Positions 40,652 to 53,626 of a stretch of DNA of 64,000 nt are shown piece by piece. Under the pieces are notes generated by a model, which saw nothing but the letters and a program-made list of their open reading frames with translations, was not told the DNA's origin and ran no database searches. The DNA comes from Octopus sinensis (lineage: Eukaryota), in contig NC_043009.1 in the NCBI RefSeq assembly GCF_006345805.1, forward strand, positions 61,194,001 through 61,258,000, in the 5' to 3' direction. Position numbers and translations under genes: made by a program. The number at the start of each line of letters is the position of its first letter. Within the stretch, counting starts at the first letter, position 1.

Positions 40652-41957
40652 GATATTTATGAAGGATTTTTTGCTACTTCCTAGTCTCTCCCTCCCCCAT
40701 CTCTCTGGCAACCCCACATCTTTTATCTTTTACTTGTTTCAGTTATTTGACTATGGATATGTTAGGGTACCACCCTGAGGTATCTTTTGTCAAATGAATT
40801 GACCCCAATACTTTTTTTAAAGCCTGGTAAATATTCTATGGGTCTCTTTTGCCAAACTACTAAGTTATAGGGACATAAACACACCAACACCAGTCGTCAA
40901 GCAGTGGGGGGGGACACGCATATACAAAGACACACACACACATGTATATACATAAATACAGGGCTTCTTCCTGTTTCCATCTACTAAATCCACTCACAAG
41001 GCTTTGGTCAACCTGAGGCTATAGTAGATGTCACTTGCTCAGGATGTCACATATAGAATATGGTCAAAACTGAAGCATATAGCCAACAATTCTACTCCAA
41101 GAACAGAAAATACTTCATCTCAGATCGGTTACTGACTCTCCATAAAGTTTGGGTATGACTTGCATTGAAGTACCAATCATATCCATAGGGCAGTACTGCT
41201 ACTACACACACATACACACACACACAGATATCCTAAATCGTTTTGGATTACTGCTTATATCCATGGGACACTGTTGCTATATGTGCAGATATCATCCCAG
41301 CCTACACTGGATTACTGTTCACATATTTAGAATGGTACTGCTGCTACACACACACACACACACACACATATCCTGGCTTATGTAAAGAGAAAGCCATTCA
41401 CTGGAATGACAATATCTCAATGAAGAACACAACCTGAAATGCGATGTTTCTTTATTTCTGTATCTTCTCCCTCTGCCACAAAAGTTTCTGGGCCTTTCAT
41501 CTACCTAAATGCATACAACCTCAACCCAATCTTGCTCGTTTCATTCCTAGTCTACCTCCCACCCATTCCAACAGGGACTCACTCCACTAGACACTTTCCA
41601 ACATCCTCCCACCCCAGGACTGTAATCTTTTTCACCCACGTTTTCATATTAACACTGGTCTGTAGATACATCAATGTTCTCACCAGTCAAAGAGGGCCGA
41701 CTATGGCCATCATAGGCACTGTCCCTCTTCCTCTCAATAACAGACAAAAAATCATACACCGGTGAGTTTACATCCCTGAAACTTAGTAGTTTGGCAAAAG
41801 AGATTGATAGAATAAATGCCAAGCTTTAAAAAAACGCACTGGGATCACTTCATTCGATTAAGGGTTCTTGAAGGCAATGCCCCAGTATGGCTGCATTCTA
41901 ATGACTAAAACAAATAAAAATTAAAAAAATAGATATGTATGTATACATCCAGACATA

Positions 41958-42166
41958 CATATTTCATTCCATAATGGCTACTCTGATGAGCGCAAGGTCA
42001 CATAATCGGACTGTTACCTAACACTCCGTTGAACCTCTAATACAAAACCAACTGATAAGATTGGTTATAGTAGATATATAATACTGTTCACCTCGATTGA
42101 TATACCCACTCTATCGACAGATATACAAGTGCATTTTTTTCCTGACTTATGACTCAGATGACTTAC
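41958..42166 (+). mobile_element. Third copy of the ~210-nt hammerhead-bearing element
   Basis: Collinear with 12173-12387 from catatttcattccata to gacttac. CTGATGA at 41983-89 is followed by gcgc, and the GAAA box has decayed to AAAA. Confidence 0.85.
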
Positions 42167-42402
42167 ACACACACACACACACACACAGTTTTTGTATTCC
42201 AAAATGGAGAGTTTATCTTGTGACTCTGAGGCAGATGAACACTTGGCTACTTGGTAAAAAGAATGCTTCACAATCATACAGTTCCTGGCAGGGCCAGATT
42301 AAGACCCATAGGGACCCTAAGTACTTAAAGATTTTGATACCACCATATATATGTAATTTAAAATATAAAGAATTTTTTGAAATGAATCGCAATTTTGAAA
42401 TA

Positions 42403-42812
42403 GGCACAGGAGTGGCTGTGTGGTAGGTAGCTTGCTTACCAACTGCATGGTTCCAGGTCAGTCCCACTGCATGGCACCTTGGGCAAGTGTCTTCTACTAT
42501 AGCCTCGGGTCGACAAAAGCCTTATGAGTGGATTTGGTAGACAGAAAATGAAAGAAGCCCATCGTATATATGTATATGTATATATATGTGTGTGTGTGTT
42601 TATGTGTCTGTGTTTGTCCCCCCCACCAATATCGCTTGACAACCGATGCTGGTGCGTTTATGTCCCCGTAACTTAGCGGTTTGGCAAAAGAGACTGATAG
42701 AATAAGTACTAGGCTTACAAAGAGTAAGTCCTGGGGTTGATTTCCTCAAGTAAATGCGATGCTCCAGCATGGCTGCAGTCAAATGACTAAAACAAGTAAA
42801 AGAGTAAAAGAG
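42403..42812 (+). mobile_element. Full-length family B CORE-type SINE
   Basis: Head ggagtggctgtgtggtag, CORE-like ggcaccttgggcaagtgtcttctactatagcc, and tail (gagtaaaa)n. Confidence 0.9.
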
Positions 42813-43255
42813 TAACTAAGAATAGAATGGAAAATAATGTCTATATTTGAAAAGTTTTCTACTCTTTTTTTTAATTCCAATGTCTTTGATCAGATCCTCC
42901 CTATGACACCATGAACAATTTGAAATTATGTTTCCAATAACATAAACCAATTTAAATATCATTTTAGTAAGTTTAAAGTAATTCTTCTATTTCGCAAACC
43001 GTTTACCATTTCTGTGGCACCCTACCCCCGACCCCACTCCTTCTCTTGATGCCCTAAGCATGAGCTTATTGTGCTTGCTGGTTAATCCAGCGCTGGTTCC
43101 TGGTTCAAACCCACTCAGCAATACCTTGGGCAAGGGTCCCCCACAACAAGCTCAATCCTACCCAGGTAGATGGAAATATGTGGGGTTCCTCTTCTCAGAT
43201 ACTACACTTGTCGTTAGGTTGTAGAATCAATCTACCACTGCCTTAACCACCAATA

Positions 43256-43490
43256 CCTATTTCTTTACTACCCACAAGGGGCTAAACACAGAGAGGACAA
43301 ACAAGGACAGACATAGGTATTAAGTCGATTACATCGACCCCAGTGCGTAACTGGTACTTAATTTATCGACCCCGAAAGGATGAAAAACAAAGTCGACCTC
43401 GGCAGAATTTGAACTCAGAACATAATGGCAGACAAAATACGGCTAAGCATTTTGTCTGGCGTGCTAACGTTTCTGCCAGCTCGCCACCTT
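43256..43490 (-). mobile_element. Family A SINE
   Basis: Full-length match to family A. Copies with an alternative tail (cctcccccaaaatttcaggccttgtgcc...(att)n) lie at 53370-53550, 53630-53810 (-) and 63425-63870 (+). Confidence 0.9.
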
Positions 43491-43845
43491 ACCATCTCTA
43501 ACACCACTACTGTTGCCAACCACCACCACCGGTCCCACTACCATCTGGTCCTTGGGTGCTTTTCATAAAGTCTGAAGACTAGATTTTCCAGTGAGAAGTT
43601 AAATAATTCAATATTTTCATGTGCAGCTTCATTCTGATGCAGTAACCCATCAGATTATGGTTTCTTCTTTCCTTTTCTGCATGAGTGAGAGAGGCTCCGC
43701 AGAGGTCATGGCCTTTGACCTTGCCCCTGATCACTAAACTATGAAAATATGAACTCTACACACATGCACACAAACACTCAAACACACATTTATGAGCAAT
43801 CATGTATGAGATGTATATTATATAATATATGATTATATAATGTGT

Positions 43846-44130
43846 GGAGGCGCAATGGCCTAGTGGTTAGGGCAGCGGACTCGCGGTCTCAGGATCGCGG
43901 TTTCAATTCCCAGACCGGGCGTTGTGTGTGTTTATTGAGCGAAAACACCTAAAAGCACCACGAGGCTCCGGCAGGGGGTGGTGATCCCTGCTGTACTCTT
44001 TCACCACTCTTTCTTCTGTTGGTCTGCTCGCTTAGCCAGCGGGGTGGCGTCATTCGAAGGCTAAAACAATGCGAACGCATTGTGACCAGCGATGTGTAAC
44101 AACATCTGATGGTCTGGTCGGTCACGTGAT
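43846..44130 (+). mobile_element. tRNA-headed SINE (family C), CpG-rich and apparently young
   Basis: ggaggcgcaatggcctagtggttagggcagcggactcgcgg...gtttcaattcccagaccgggcg, with A and B boxes. Confidence 0.88.
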
Positions 44131-44392
44131 AATATACAACTAACGAAATGCATGTGTGTCTCCATGTTTCTGCCTGTCCCCTCAATACTGTTTGACAACC
44201 GGTGGTGGTGTGTTTACATCCCATAACCTAACAGCTTGGTAAAAGAGACCGACAGAATGAGTGCCAGGCTTTAAAAGATAATAAAGTGATTCATTCATCA
44301 AAAAATTCTTCAAATTCTTCAAGGTGGTGCCCCAGAATGGCTGCAGTCTGATGAATGAAGCAAGAAAAAGATAAAAGAAGATGTGTGTATGA

Positions 44393-44440
<48 letters not shown>

Positions 44441-44993
44441 TCTTTTATTCTTTTACTTGTTTCAGTCATTTGACAGCAGCCATGCTGGAGCACCACCTTT
44501 AGTTGAACAATGACTTATTCTTCGTAAACCTAGTACTTATTCTATCGGTCTCTTTTGCTGAACTGTTAAGTTACGGAGATGTAAACAAACAACTATCAGT
44601 TGTCAAGCAATGGTGGGAGACAAACAAGGACACATACACAGCTATATACATACACACACGCATGCACACACACACACATATACGACGGGCTTCTTTTCAG
44701 TTTCCGTCTACCAAATCCACTCACAAGGCTTTGGTCTGCCCGAGGCTATAGTAGAAGACACTTGCCAAAGGTGCCAGGCAGTGGGATTGAACCCAGAACC
44801 TCGTGATTGGGAAGCAAGCTTCTTACCACACATCCACCACTGCGTATTTGGGGTCTGACAATATGCCGTAAGGCTAAACCCCTTATGAGTGAGAAACCCA
44901 GGGTAACCCCATAAACCTGCCTACCCCACTATAATATTAACTGCTCTACATCTTAGAGTGTGCTTCTCCACTGGATTTATGTATTTCTACAAA

Positions 44994-45400
44994 CGATGCA
45001 TGCATGCATACATACATACATACATACATGCATACATACATTCATACATACATACATACATACATACATGCATGCATGCATACATACATACATACATACA
45101 TACATGCATGCATGCATGCATGCATACATACATACATGCATACATTCATACATACATTCATACATACATACATACATACATGCATGCATGCATGCATACA
45201 TACATACATACATACATACATACATTCATACATACATTCATACATACATACATACATTCATACATACATTCATACATACATTCATACATACATGCATGCA
45301 TGCATGCATACATACAGACATACATACATGCATGCATACATGCATGCATGCATACATACATGCATGCATACATACATACATACATACATACAAACGTATA
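44994..45400. repeat. (CATA)n/(CATG)n/(CATT)n compound tetranucleotide array
   Basis: Directly visible. It is the source of the stacked HTYI/MYVC ORFs. Confidence 0.95.
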
Positions 45401-45757
45401 TATAAATACATTCATACATAGATTTCCATACATGCATACATACTTACATAAACATATACACACACATCTATGTTGCCTTTTCTTTGTCATGCTCTTTGTG
45501 TGTGTGTGTTTATATATACACATATATGTGTGTGTGTGTTTATATATGTTTGCATACATTCACATGTATATACTACTATGTTTATAAATACACACATGAT
45601 ATTCAAACGCATATATGCACACATACAATTCCAGTCTTAGAAAGAAATGCTATTTTCTCCAGTTTTAGCAAAAATTTGTAATTCACAGATTATTGAATTT
45701 CTTTCTCATCATTGTTGTTATTCGTTCTATCTCCCTCCACAAATACTACTACTACTA

Positions 45758-45800
<43 letters not shown>

Positions 45801-45876
45801 GCTGCTACTACTACTGCTACAACTACTACATCCAGAATTCCACTAGCAGCACTCATCTCCTCATCCACCTCAGATA

Positions 45877-45909
<33 letters not shown>

Positions 45910-46929
45910 CATCATCTCCTTCCCCCTCCACCCTCATCTAAACAACCCCCCCTCCCTCCCTCTCCCCTTTTCCTCTCACAACGCCATCATCCGAACTGCA
46001 TCTCATCTCTACCACCCTTGCAATAAAATCAACAACAATACCCATCCTCATCTTTTTTTCTCCACCACCCCTGCTTCCAACAACAACAACAACAATAACA
46101 CCATTGCCACGTTTTCCCCCCCTCACCCATCGCCACGCTTTCCCCTCACTCTCACAGTCAAAACAACGCTTTCTCAATTCAGGTTACAAAAATAAAATAA
46201 ATATACAAAAGGATTGAATTATTTTTATATTTTTATTTACATGTATAAAAAACAAAAAACAAAATGAAACGGAGAGGTGGGAGGTATCAATATTCCACAC
46301 ACAGAAACACGTTGCTATGAACGATTGCCAGAGCAAATGGTTGCTAAAGCCATAAAGTACCATAAAGTAGAGGCCACTCTATCACGTACTTCGACTATCT
46401 TTTACCCTGTAGTGTTGATGAAAACCCTTATTGATTCTTCAGTGGCACTGGTTGTTACCAACATTCATCCTCATCATCGTTTAACGTCTGTTTTCCATGC
46501 TAGCATGGGTTGGACAGTTCGACCGGGGTCTGGGAAGCCAGGAGGCTGCACCAGGCTCCAGTCTGATCTGGCAATGTTTCTACAGCTGGATGCCCTTCCT
46601 AACGCCAACCACTCCGTGAGTGTAGTGGGTGCTTTTTACGTGCCACCAGCACAGTGGCCAGAGGAGACTGGCAAACGGCCACGATCAGTTGGTGCTTTTA
46701 CGTGTCACCAACACGGACGCCAGTCAGGCAGCACTGGCATCTGCCACGTTCGGACTATTTCCAGCAGAGATGTATACTTGCAGTTTCTTGCCATTTTTGG
46801 CCCTCGCATCACAGAATTCTAATAAAGAAAACGCTACTTCTGACAAATGAAAATGCCAATGGCAGTGGTATCTGAAACCAACAAGTGACCTTGAGGTGCA
46901 TGAAACCTGGAAAGCAAAGAAGAAAAAGT

Positions 46930-47270
46930 GAGACCCTGCTTTGGTCATGAATGACCATGGGATTGCACTGAGAAAGTTTCCTTCCAAGGTACAAGTCTGG
47001 GCAAGGTTGTTTATGGAAGACCAGCAGTCACCCATGCATACCAGCCTCCCTTCTTCATGCCACCAATGTTATCTATGGGAAAGGCAAAGGCCAATACAAC
47101 TTGGCACCAGTGACATCACAACTCATTTCTACAGCTGAGTGAACTGGCGCAACATAAAATAAATGTCTTGCTCAAGAACACAGCACAGAGGCCAGTCCAG
47201 GAATTGAACTCACTACCTTGTGATTGTGAGCCTGACACTCTAACCATTGAGTCATGCATCTTCACATTCA
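46930..47270 (-). mobile_element. tRNA-headed CORE-like SINE (family E)
   Basis: Minus strand gactcaatggttagag...gagttcaattcctgg head, followed by tgtgttcttgagcaagaca CORE-like block. Confidence 0.7.
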
Positions 47271-47890
47271 TTAAACCTAAGTTACCCCAGATGAAGCAAC
47301 CTAGTTTTCATAGCATCACTGAGGCTCAGCACTGTGGACTGCAAGACTGCTTATATGCCAACAGATACCAGAGACGGCTTGATTCGGCAATTCCAGTGTA
47401 TTGAGGGCATCTCCTAACACTGAAATAACCCATTGGTGTATAATAACTTCTTGAATGAATCTCTTGCCCACGGCTACATCTTAACATTCAGCACATGTCA
47501 GGCATGGCCTATCCTGGCACTCTGTTGGTTATGGCAACAGATGTTCCAGCTGGTCTCACCAACAGAACAGCCTGCTTATGATATTAATGTACAAATGGTT
47601 GAGCACTCCACAGACACACGTACCCTTAATGTAGTTTTCAGGGAGAGTCAGTGTGATACAGAATGTGACAAGGGTGGTTCATTTTTGTTAGCACAGTGGA
47701 CTGGAACAATGAAAAGACAAAGTATCTTACTCAAGGGCCACCAGGAATCGAACTCATGGCCTTATGATCATGAGCCAAATATCTAGTCATTAATCCATAT
47801 GCCTTCTCAGCAGCATATGTCTAAGCACATATGAAGGGTTATACACTCACTCAGTAGACGCTATAGTTCAGAATGGTATGAATTTGGGAT

Positions 47891-48441
47891 AAAGGCGGTG
47901 AGCTGGCAGAAACATTAGCACGCCAGGTGAAATGCTTAGCGGTATTTTGTCATTCGTCTGGTAAACATGTTTTATCTCTTCACTTTTTTTAAAACTTCTT
48001 TTTGTCTTAACTTTCTTTTATTATTTTCCTTTTCCTTTCGGTGGCTAACTTGCAGAATTCGCAGCATGTCAGATAAAATGCTTAGTGGCATTTCATCCGA
48101 CTTTTTATGATCTAAGTTCATACCCCTCTGATACCAGCTTTTCCTTTCATCCTTGTGGGATGCAGTTAAGAAAGACACCAAATGCTCTACCTGAAACATC
48201 AGGGCTGAATAAGGCGTCGAACTGGCAGAATCGTTAGCACGCCAGGTGAAATGCGTCGCCGTATTTCGTCTGCTGTTACGTTCTGAGTTCAAATTCCGCC
48301 GAGGTCGACTTTGCCTTTCATTCTTTCGGGGTCGATTAAATAAGTACCAGTTACGCACTGGGGTAGATATAATCAACTTAATCCATTTGTCTGTCCTTGT
48401 TTGTTCTCTCTGTGTTAGCCCCTTGTGGGTAGTAAAGAAAT
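47891..48441 (+). mobile_element. Composite family A SINE insertion with a single 16-bp TSD
   Basis: tggtatgaatttggga at 47874-89 and 48442-57 flanks an A head, a T-rich spacer, a decayed A copy and an intact A copy. Confidence 0.75.
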
Positions 48442-49184
48442 TGGTATGAATTTGGGACAGCAGAAGGCAAATGTGAAGGCAAATGTGCTAATACTACTCC
48501 ATCACTCTAACTGAATAAGATATTGTTGATTTTGAGTGTCCCACAAGCAGACACACAACATGTCCTTCGACAGCTGTCTCATCCAAATTTCACAACAGTA
48601 TTTCTGATGTCAATGTAGTATAAACATGAAAATAGGTCATTCAATCCTGCAAAAGAGGTCTAAAGATGAGGCAGATCTTTGTGGTATTTGAATTGATCCT
48701 TTCAACCGATGTTGCTGTAGCATGCAGTGACGTAATATGCACTAGTTTTGCAATGGAAGATGATCTCCTGATTCCCAGGCCTCCGATTATTGGTAGAATG
48801 GCCTGTAACCAACTGTTACTATTGAAACTAATGTTGTATATGTCAATTAATATTGTCCTAATCAGTTAATCAATGCCAGTGAGATGATTAACTTTTTGGT
48901 ACATAGCAGATGTGTAGAGGATATTGTAAAGCAATTCTACAGCTTGATGTAAGCTGGACATGCATCCAAGTGCTTCCATCTTTTAATCATCCAGTCTTTA
49001 AATATCATTGCTGCCTCTTTTTAAAAGAAACAATAACTAATGCTTCTCTGTAGGATAGAAGACTAGGGATTAAGGGATACCAATCACATAAAAGAACTGC
49101 CTGTTGAGATGTCCCTTAATCCACCAACTCTTTTTTACATAATGCACAGTGCTACCAAATACTTCACAGCTTGACTATATGCAA

Positions 49185-49417
49185 GGCGGCAAGCTGGCAG
49201 AACCGTTAGCACACCGGGCGAAATACTTAGCAGTATTTCGTCTGCAGCTACGTTCAGAGTTCAAATTCCACCGAGGTCGACTTTGCCTTTCATCCTTTCG
49301 GGGTCGATAAATAAAGTACCAGTTTCGCACTGGGGTCGATGTAATCAACTTAATCCCTTTGTCTGTCCTTGTTTGTCCCCTCTATGTTTAGCCCCTTGTG
49401 GGCAGTAAAGAAATATA
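49185..49417 (+). mobile_element. Family A SINE with 9-bp TSD
   Basis: tatatgcaa at 49176-84 and 49418-26. Confidence 0.9.
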
Positions 49418-49439
49418 TATATGCAAATTATATAACCAC

Positions 49440-49860
49440 TGTTAAGTTTTTACTTTCTTATTTGACCCTTTGATTTCCTGTGGAACATAATCCATCGGCC
49501 ACTTTTTTCTACTATTCATGACTCTTGGCTGCCTTTTCTATTGCTTTCCAGTTGGATCCTTGCTTTTTTCCTTGCAGCTTCCTTTCAGATTTTGCTACAC
49601 CTGGTCATATGGGTCCCTGAAGGAAGGCCCATCTTTCCCAGGTCTTTTCAGTTTTGAATTGCCATTAATGCTTCAGTAACTTTGTTTGATCTAAGTAGGG
49701 GTGTTGGTCCTATACAAGCCCATTTTCGTTCCTGGGAAGGCGTGGTCCATTTTAGTCTGGACTCTATTCTTTGATCTGTCCAGCATGGGAAGTCCTACCA
49801 GGATCTTGCACTTTGCTGGTACGGCTCCCAGGGTCACTGAAGTACACCACAATACAAAGA
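49440..49860 (-). mobile_element. Short RTE derivative (5'UTR-like part joined to ORF 3' end)
   Basis: 49860-49700 resembles an RTE 5' end. 49690-49450 resembles the GRP..TW...A.DR..W end of RTE ORFs. Confidence 0.45.
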
Positions 49861-51529
49861 ATACTGGACTTTGTTTTGGCATAATTAGTTTCACAAACTG
49901 TCAAGGTTTAATCATTAACTCATCATGTTGATTAATGATTAAATCCTTGACCGATCACAAACAGATCCACAGTTCATTGAGGCCAGAGTTATGAAGATAT
50001 AATAGGTTCATATGGGATTCATTCAATTCAGTGGTGTAATAAAATAAGTTTTATTTTGAATTTTTCTTCACTAATTGATCATGGTTTTCATCTGAGAAGC
50101 TAGCAAATGTATCATCCAATGAGATTCTTCGAACATCTCTGATATTGAAGTAAGCAAGCTTGGTATCTACTTGGAGATGAACAGTTTTGTTTCTTTAAGC
50201 TTAATAATCAGGATAGTTTGTGTAGGCGTCCACTTATGGAAGTTAGTGGCAAACACACTCATAGTAATATAATTATTGACTTGATATTTGATATTTATGG
50301 TAAGATTGTTTGTTTCTGCAGTCTCGGTTGAATTGTCAGAGTTGCTACTGATGTGAGGCGAGCAAATTTGTACCAGCTTGGTGTGGTGGTGTTTAAAGTG
50401 TTTGATAGCATTGTAGATATCAATAACCTTGACTCAACTCTCCTTCATTTCTACAAGAATAGAGGCTTTGTGAGAGGTTCCCCTCATGACCCTCTCACAG
50501 TGCTGTTGCCAGTTTTGAGGGAAAAGCAGAAAGGAGAAGAACTGAAGCCCAGAACTTGAAGGCAAAGTTGATCTGGACAGGTTTTGAACTCAGAATGCAA
50601 AGAGCCAGAAGACTTATGGCGAAGTATTTTATCCAATGCTCAAATGATTCTGCCAATTGACTGAAACACACACACACACACACACGCACACACACACACA
50701 CGCACACACACACATACACACACTTGCACACATATACATTTATATATGTACACACACACACTTACACATATATATATATGTACGCATACCTACACATACA
50801 CACATGTACATATACACACACACACAAATACATAAACATATGTACACATATATACAGATATATATCTACATACACACATACATATATATATACATATATA
50901 TGTATGTATGTGTGCATATACATATGCACGACCATGCATGTGTGTGTATAGTATGTATGTAAGTATATATATATAAAGATGTTTATCATACAGAATGCTT
51001 GTAAAGAATCTCCCCCACCCCCACCCACCCTCCAGCTCCATCCCATCATTGCTATTCTCCTCACAAACCTCTAATGTTCTCTCTATCCAAAGATCCATCA
51101 TATGGAATTAAATAAATTCTGTTAGGTTGTTCAGTTCTTAACAGTCTAATCTATTTACTCAACAGATTAGGCAAATGTGATTGCACAGAACTGTATTGAT
51201 CAGATATAGATTATGGTATGAACAGAGGGGGAAATAAAAAAATATATATAAAACAAAGGAAGAGAAATAGTCTAACCATGCCTATCTCTTATATATCAAG
51301 TCTGACAGTCTATAGTAAATAGTTTGAGTATACCCATCTCTGGTGTATCAAGACTGGCAGTTTAAAGCAAATAGTCAAACTCTGCCCATCTCTGGTATCT
51401 CAAGATTGGCAGTCTGTAGTAAATGAAGAGAATGCTTGTGTGAGAGAGAGAGAGAGAGAGGGCCAAGGGGGCTTGACCTATGTAGACTCCACAAAGGGAC
51501 CAACAACTGAAATTGACATCTGTATGGTC

Positions 51530-52060
51530 AGTCAAAATCCCAGTTATGTTATAAATGCGAAGAAAGCAAATGGACCGTTAGAGATAGTTGCTGAAATCCT
51601 GAAAATATCTGGTGTGGTAAGTCACATGATAGTTGCTCACGTAGTTAATAATGCATTACTAGGAGGAAAGTATAAAACCTGATGACCAGCACAGGACTAT
51701 AATCAACTGCCACAGCAGCAAAAGAGATGCTCTAGGGAGAGTGAGAGGCAATTACAGTGGTATCAAATTGATGGATCAGGTTATGAAAGTTAGTAGAAAA
51801 ACCATAGTACAACTGATTAGAAAGAGAATTAGTTTAGATAAGATGCACTCACAGTGTATGCTACAATGGAGTACATCTGCTATCATATTCCTGATGAGAA
51901 AGCTGTAAAAGTAGTTAGCTAGGAGTCAGCTAGACTACCTAGCATGTATTGATCTAGAGAAAGCCTTTAGAGTCATTAAGAAAGCTATGGATAGGTGAAT
52001 GGTTTGGAGAAGTTGTGTATGGAAGTGCTGTCAATAAGGATAAAGTTAGCTATGTGTTCA
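51530..52060 (+). pseudogene. Decayed RTE reverse transcriptase fragment
   Basis: KANGPLEIVAEILKISG...NYSGIKLMDQVMKV...IFLMRKL...YLACIDLEKAF matches RTE RT motifs, with several stops. Confidence 0.85.
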
Positions 52061-53173
52061 GCAAGGAATTCATCTCTGCTTTTAGCTTCCTTGGGTCTAT
52101 TGTAGTCCTCCAATTCATAACAGGGAAGTTGAAAAGAGCTTGTGGGAAATCTTGTATTCCAATTACATAGTTCTCATAACTGAATTGGTCAATGATGAAG
52201 GGAACAAATTTGAAATTTGGAAGCAAAACGTAGAATAGAGAGGCCTCTAAGTAAACCTGGCTAAGGCAGTGTATTTCTTGTTAACTATGAATGCACAAGA
52301 GATATTGTAGAATCCCAGGCAGGCTACAGAGTGTGTCGCAGATGGACAAGAGTAATTAGCAGAAAGACTTCACAAGAAATATATTCCTTCATAAAGATTA
52401 ACCAGCTTTTGTAATTGACACCAATGGATCTTAAAAGTGAGAATGGATACACACTATGAGAGGATATCAGTTATTGAAACCAAAGGATACTCAACGGTTA
52501 GCTTTCTTTATCGTTATCCAATACTCTCTCATATTACTCCTTCCTCTGTCACTTACTGTTGACATCTATCAGTCTCTCCCGTCACTCTCTTACTTTACTC
52601 CCTCTTCAATCATTCTGCCTTCCCTCCCCTTCCATCACACTACTCATACAGATTCTATTTAATCTCCTTACCAACAACCATCATGTAGCTGTTTTATCAT
52701 TTCTCTTACTCTTTCCTATTGTTCTCTTTCATTGCCCCCTCTTTTCTCCCCCTCTCAGACACATTGCTACTACTCAGTCATGGTGATTGTGTTGTCGTTG
52801 AATTTTGCATACTAATTCTCTCTTTTGGTGGAAGTATTTCCATTTAAGGTCAAACACATGGCCAGTGGTGTAGAGCTGATTAAATCCAATACTTAAACAA
52901 GATTTTTATCTTATTGATCCCCAAAGGATGAAAGGTATAGTTCACTCCAATAGTATTTCAACAGAGAACTGAATACCCAGAAGGCATTATGTCCATCAGT
53001 GGAACAGTTGGACATCATAACAGAAATGTAAGTACTCTGAAAATCCATTCTCCTTGGATTTCACTCTTAGAAACAATTTCTGTAAAGGCTTTTTGTTAAC
53101 ACTTGACAGTTATCATGAGGAAATAAACATCAAAGACCAGAAGTTTACAGCCATACTGGAATGAAATATAATA

Positions 53174-53230
<57 letters not shown>

Positions 53231-53573
53231 TAATAATAATAAGGAAAGAGACCCTGTGAAATCTCTGATAGCAGGTTGCTGTCTGCTCTCACAGAATCAA
53301 CCTAGGCGAATAAGAGAAAGAGCTCTGAGAAGCAAAATGATGATGATGATAATAATAATGATGATGATGATCCTTTCTACCATAGGCACAAGACCTGAAA
53401 TCTTGGGGGTTGGGGCTAGTCGATTATATTGTTCCCAGTGTGTAACTAGTACTTATTTCATGAACCCTAAAAAGATGAACAGCTAATTTGAACTCAGAAC
53501 ATAAGGGTGGATGAAATGCTGCAAAGCATTTTACCCAGCATGCTAACGATTCTACCAGTTTGCTGCCTTAATG

Positions 53574-53626
<53 letters not shown>

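Larger units (their letters stand above)
48500..50330 (-). pseudogene. Decayed CRE-like (RLE-type) non-LTR retrotransposon with nested insertions
   Basis: WLQAILPIIGGLGIRRS (48811-48762), HLDACPAYIKL*NCF and KLAYFNIRDVRRISLDDTFASFSDEN resemble CRE-clade RT blocks. Confidence 0.55.

Noticed and set aside
43846-43925. tRNA genes at SINE heads (also 23211, 62621, 47270)
   Set aside because: They have A/B boxes but no complete cloverleaf I can fold, and each runs into a repeated SINE body.
45647-46195. Ser/Thr/Pro-rich mucin-like ORFs
   Set aside because: They are built from (CTA)n, (CAT)n and (CAA)n runs and C-rich low complexity, with no splice support.
46277-46822. 181-aa ORF
   Set aside because: Most of it is the antisense of an RTE 3' tail.
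3264-51900. Other CTGATGA occurrences (3264, 24227, 44349, 51680, 51891)
   Set aside because: None has a stem II followed by GAAA and a cleavage triplet.
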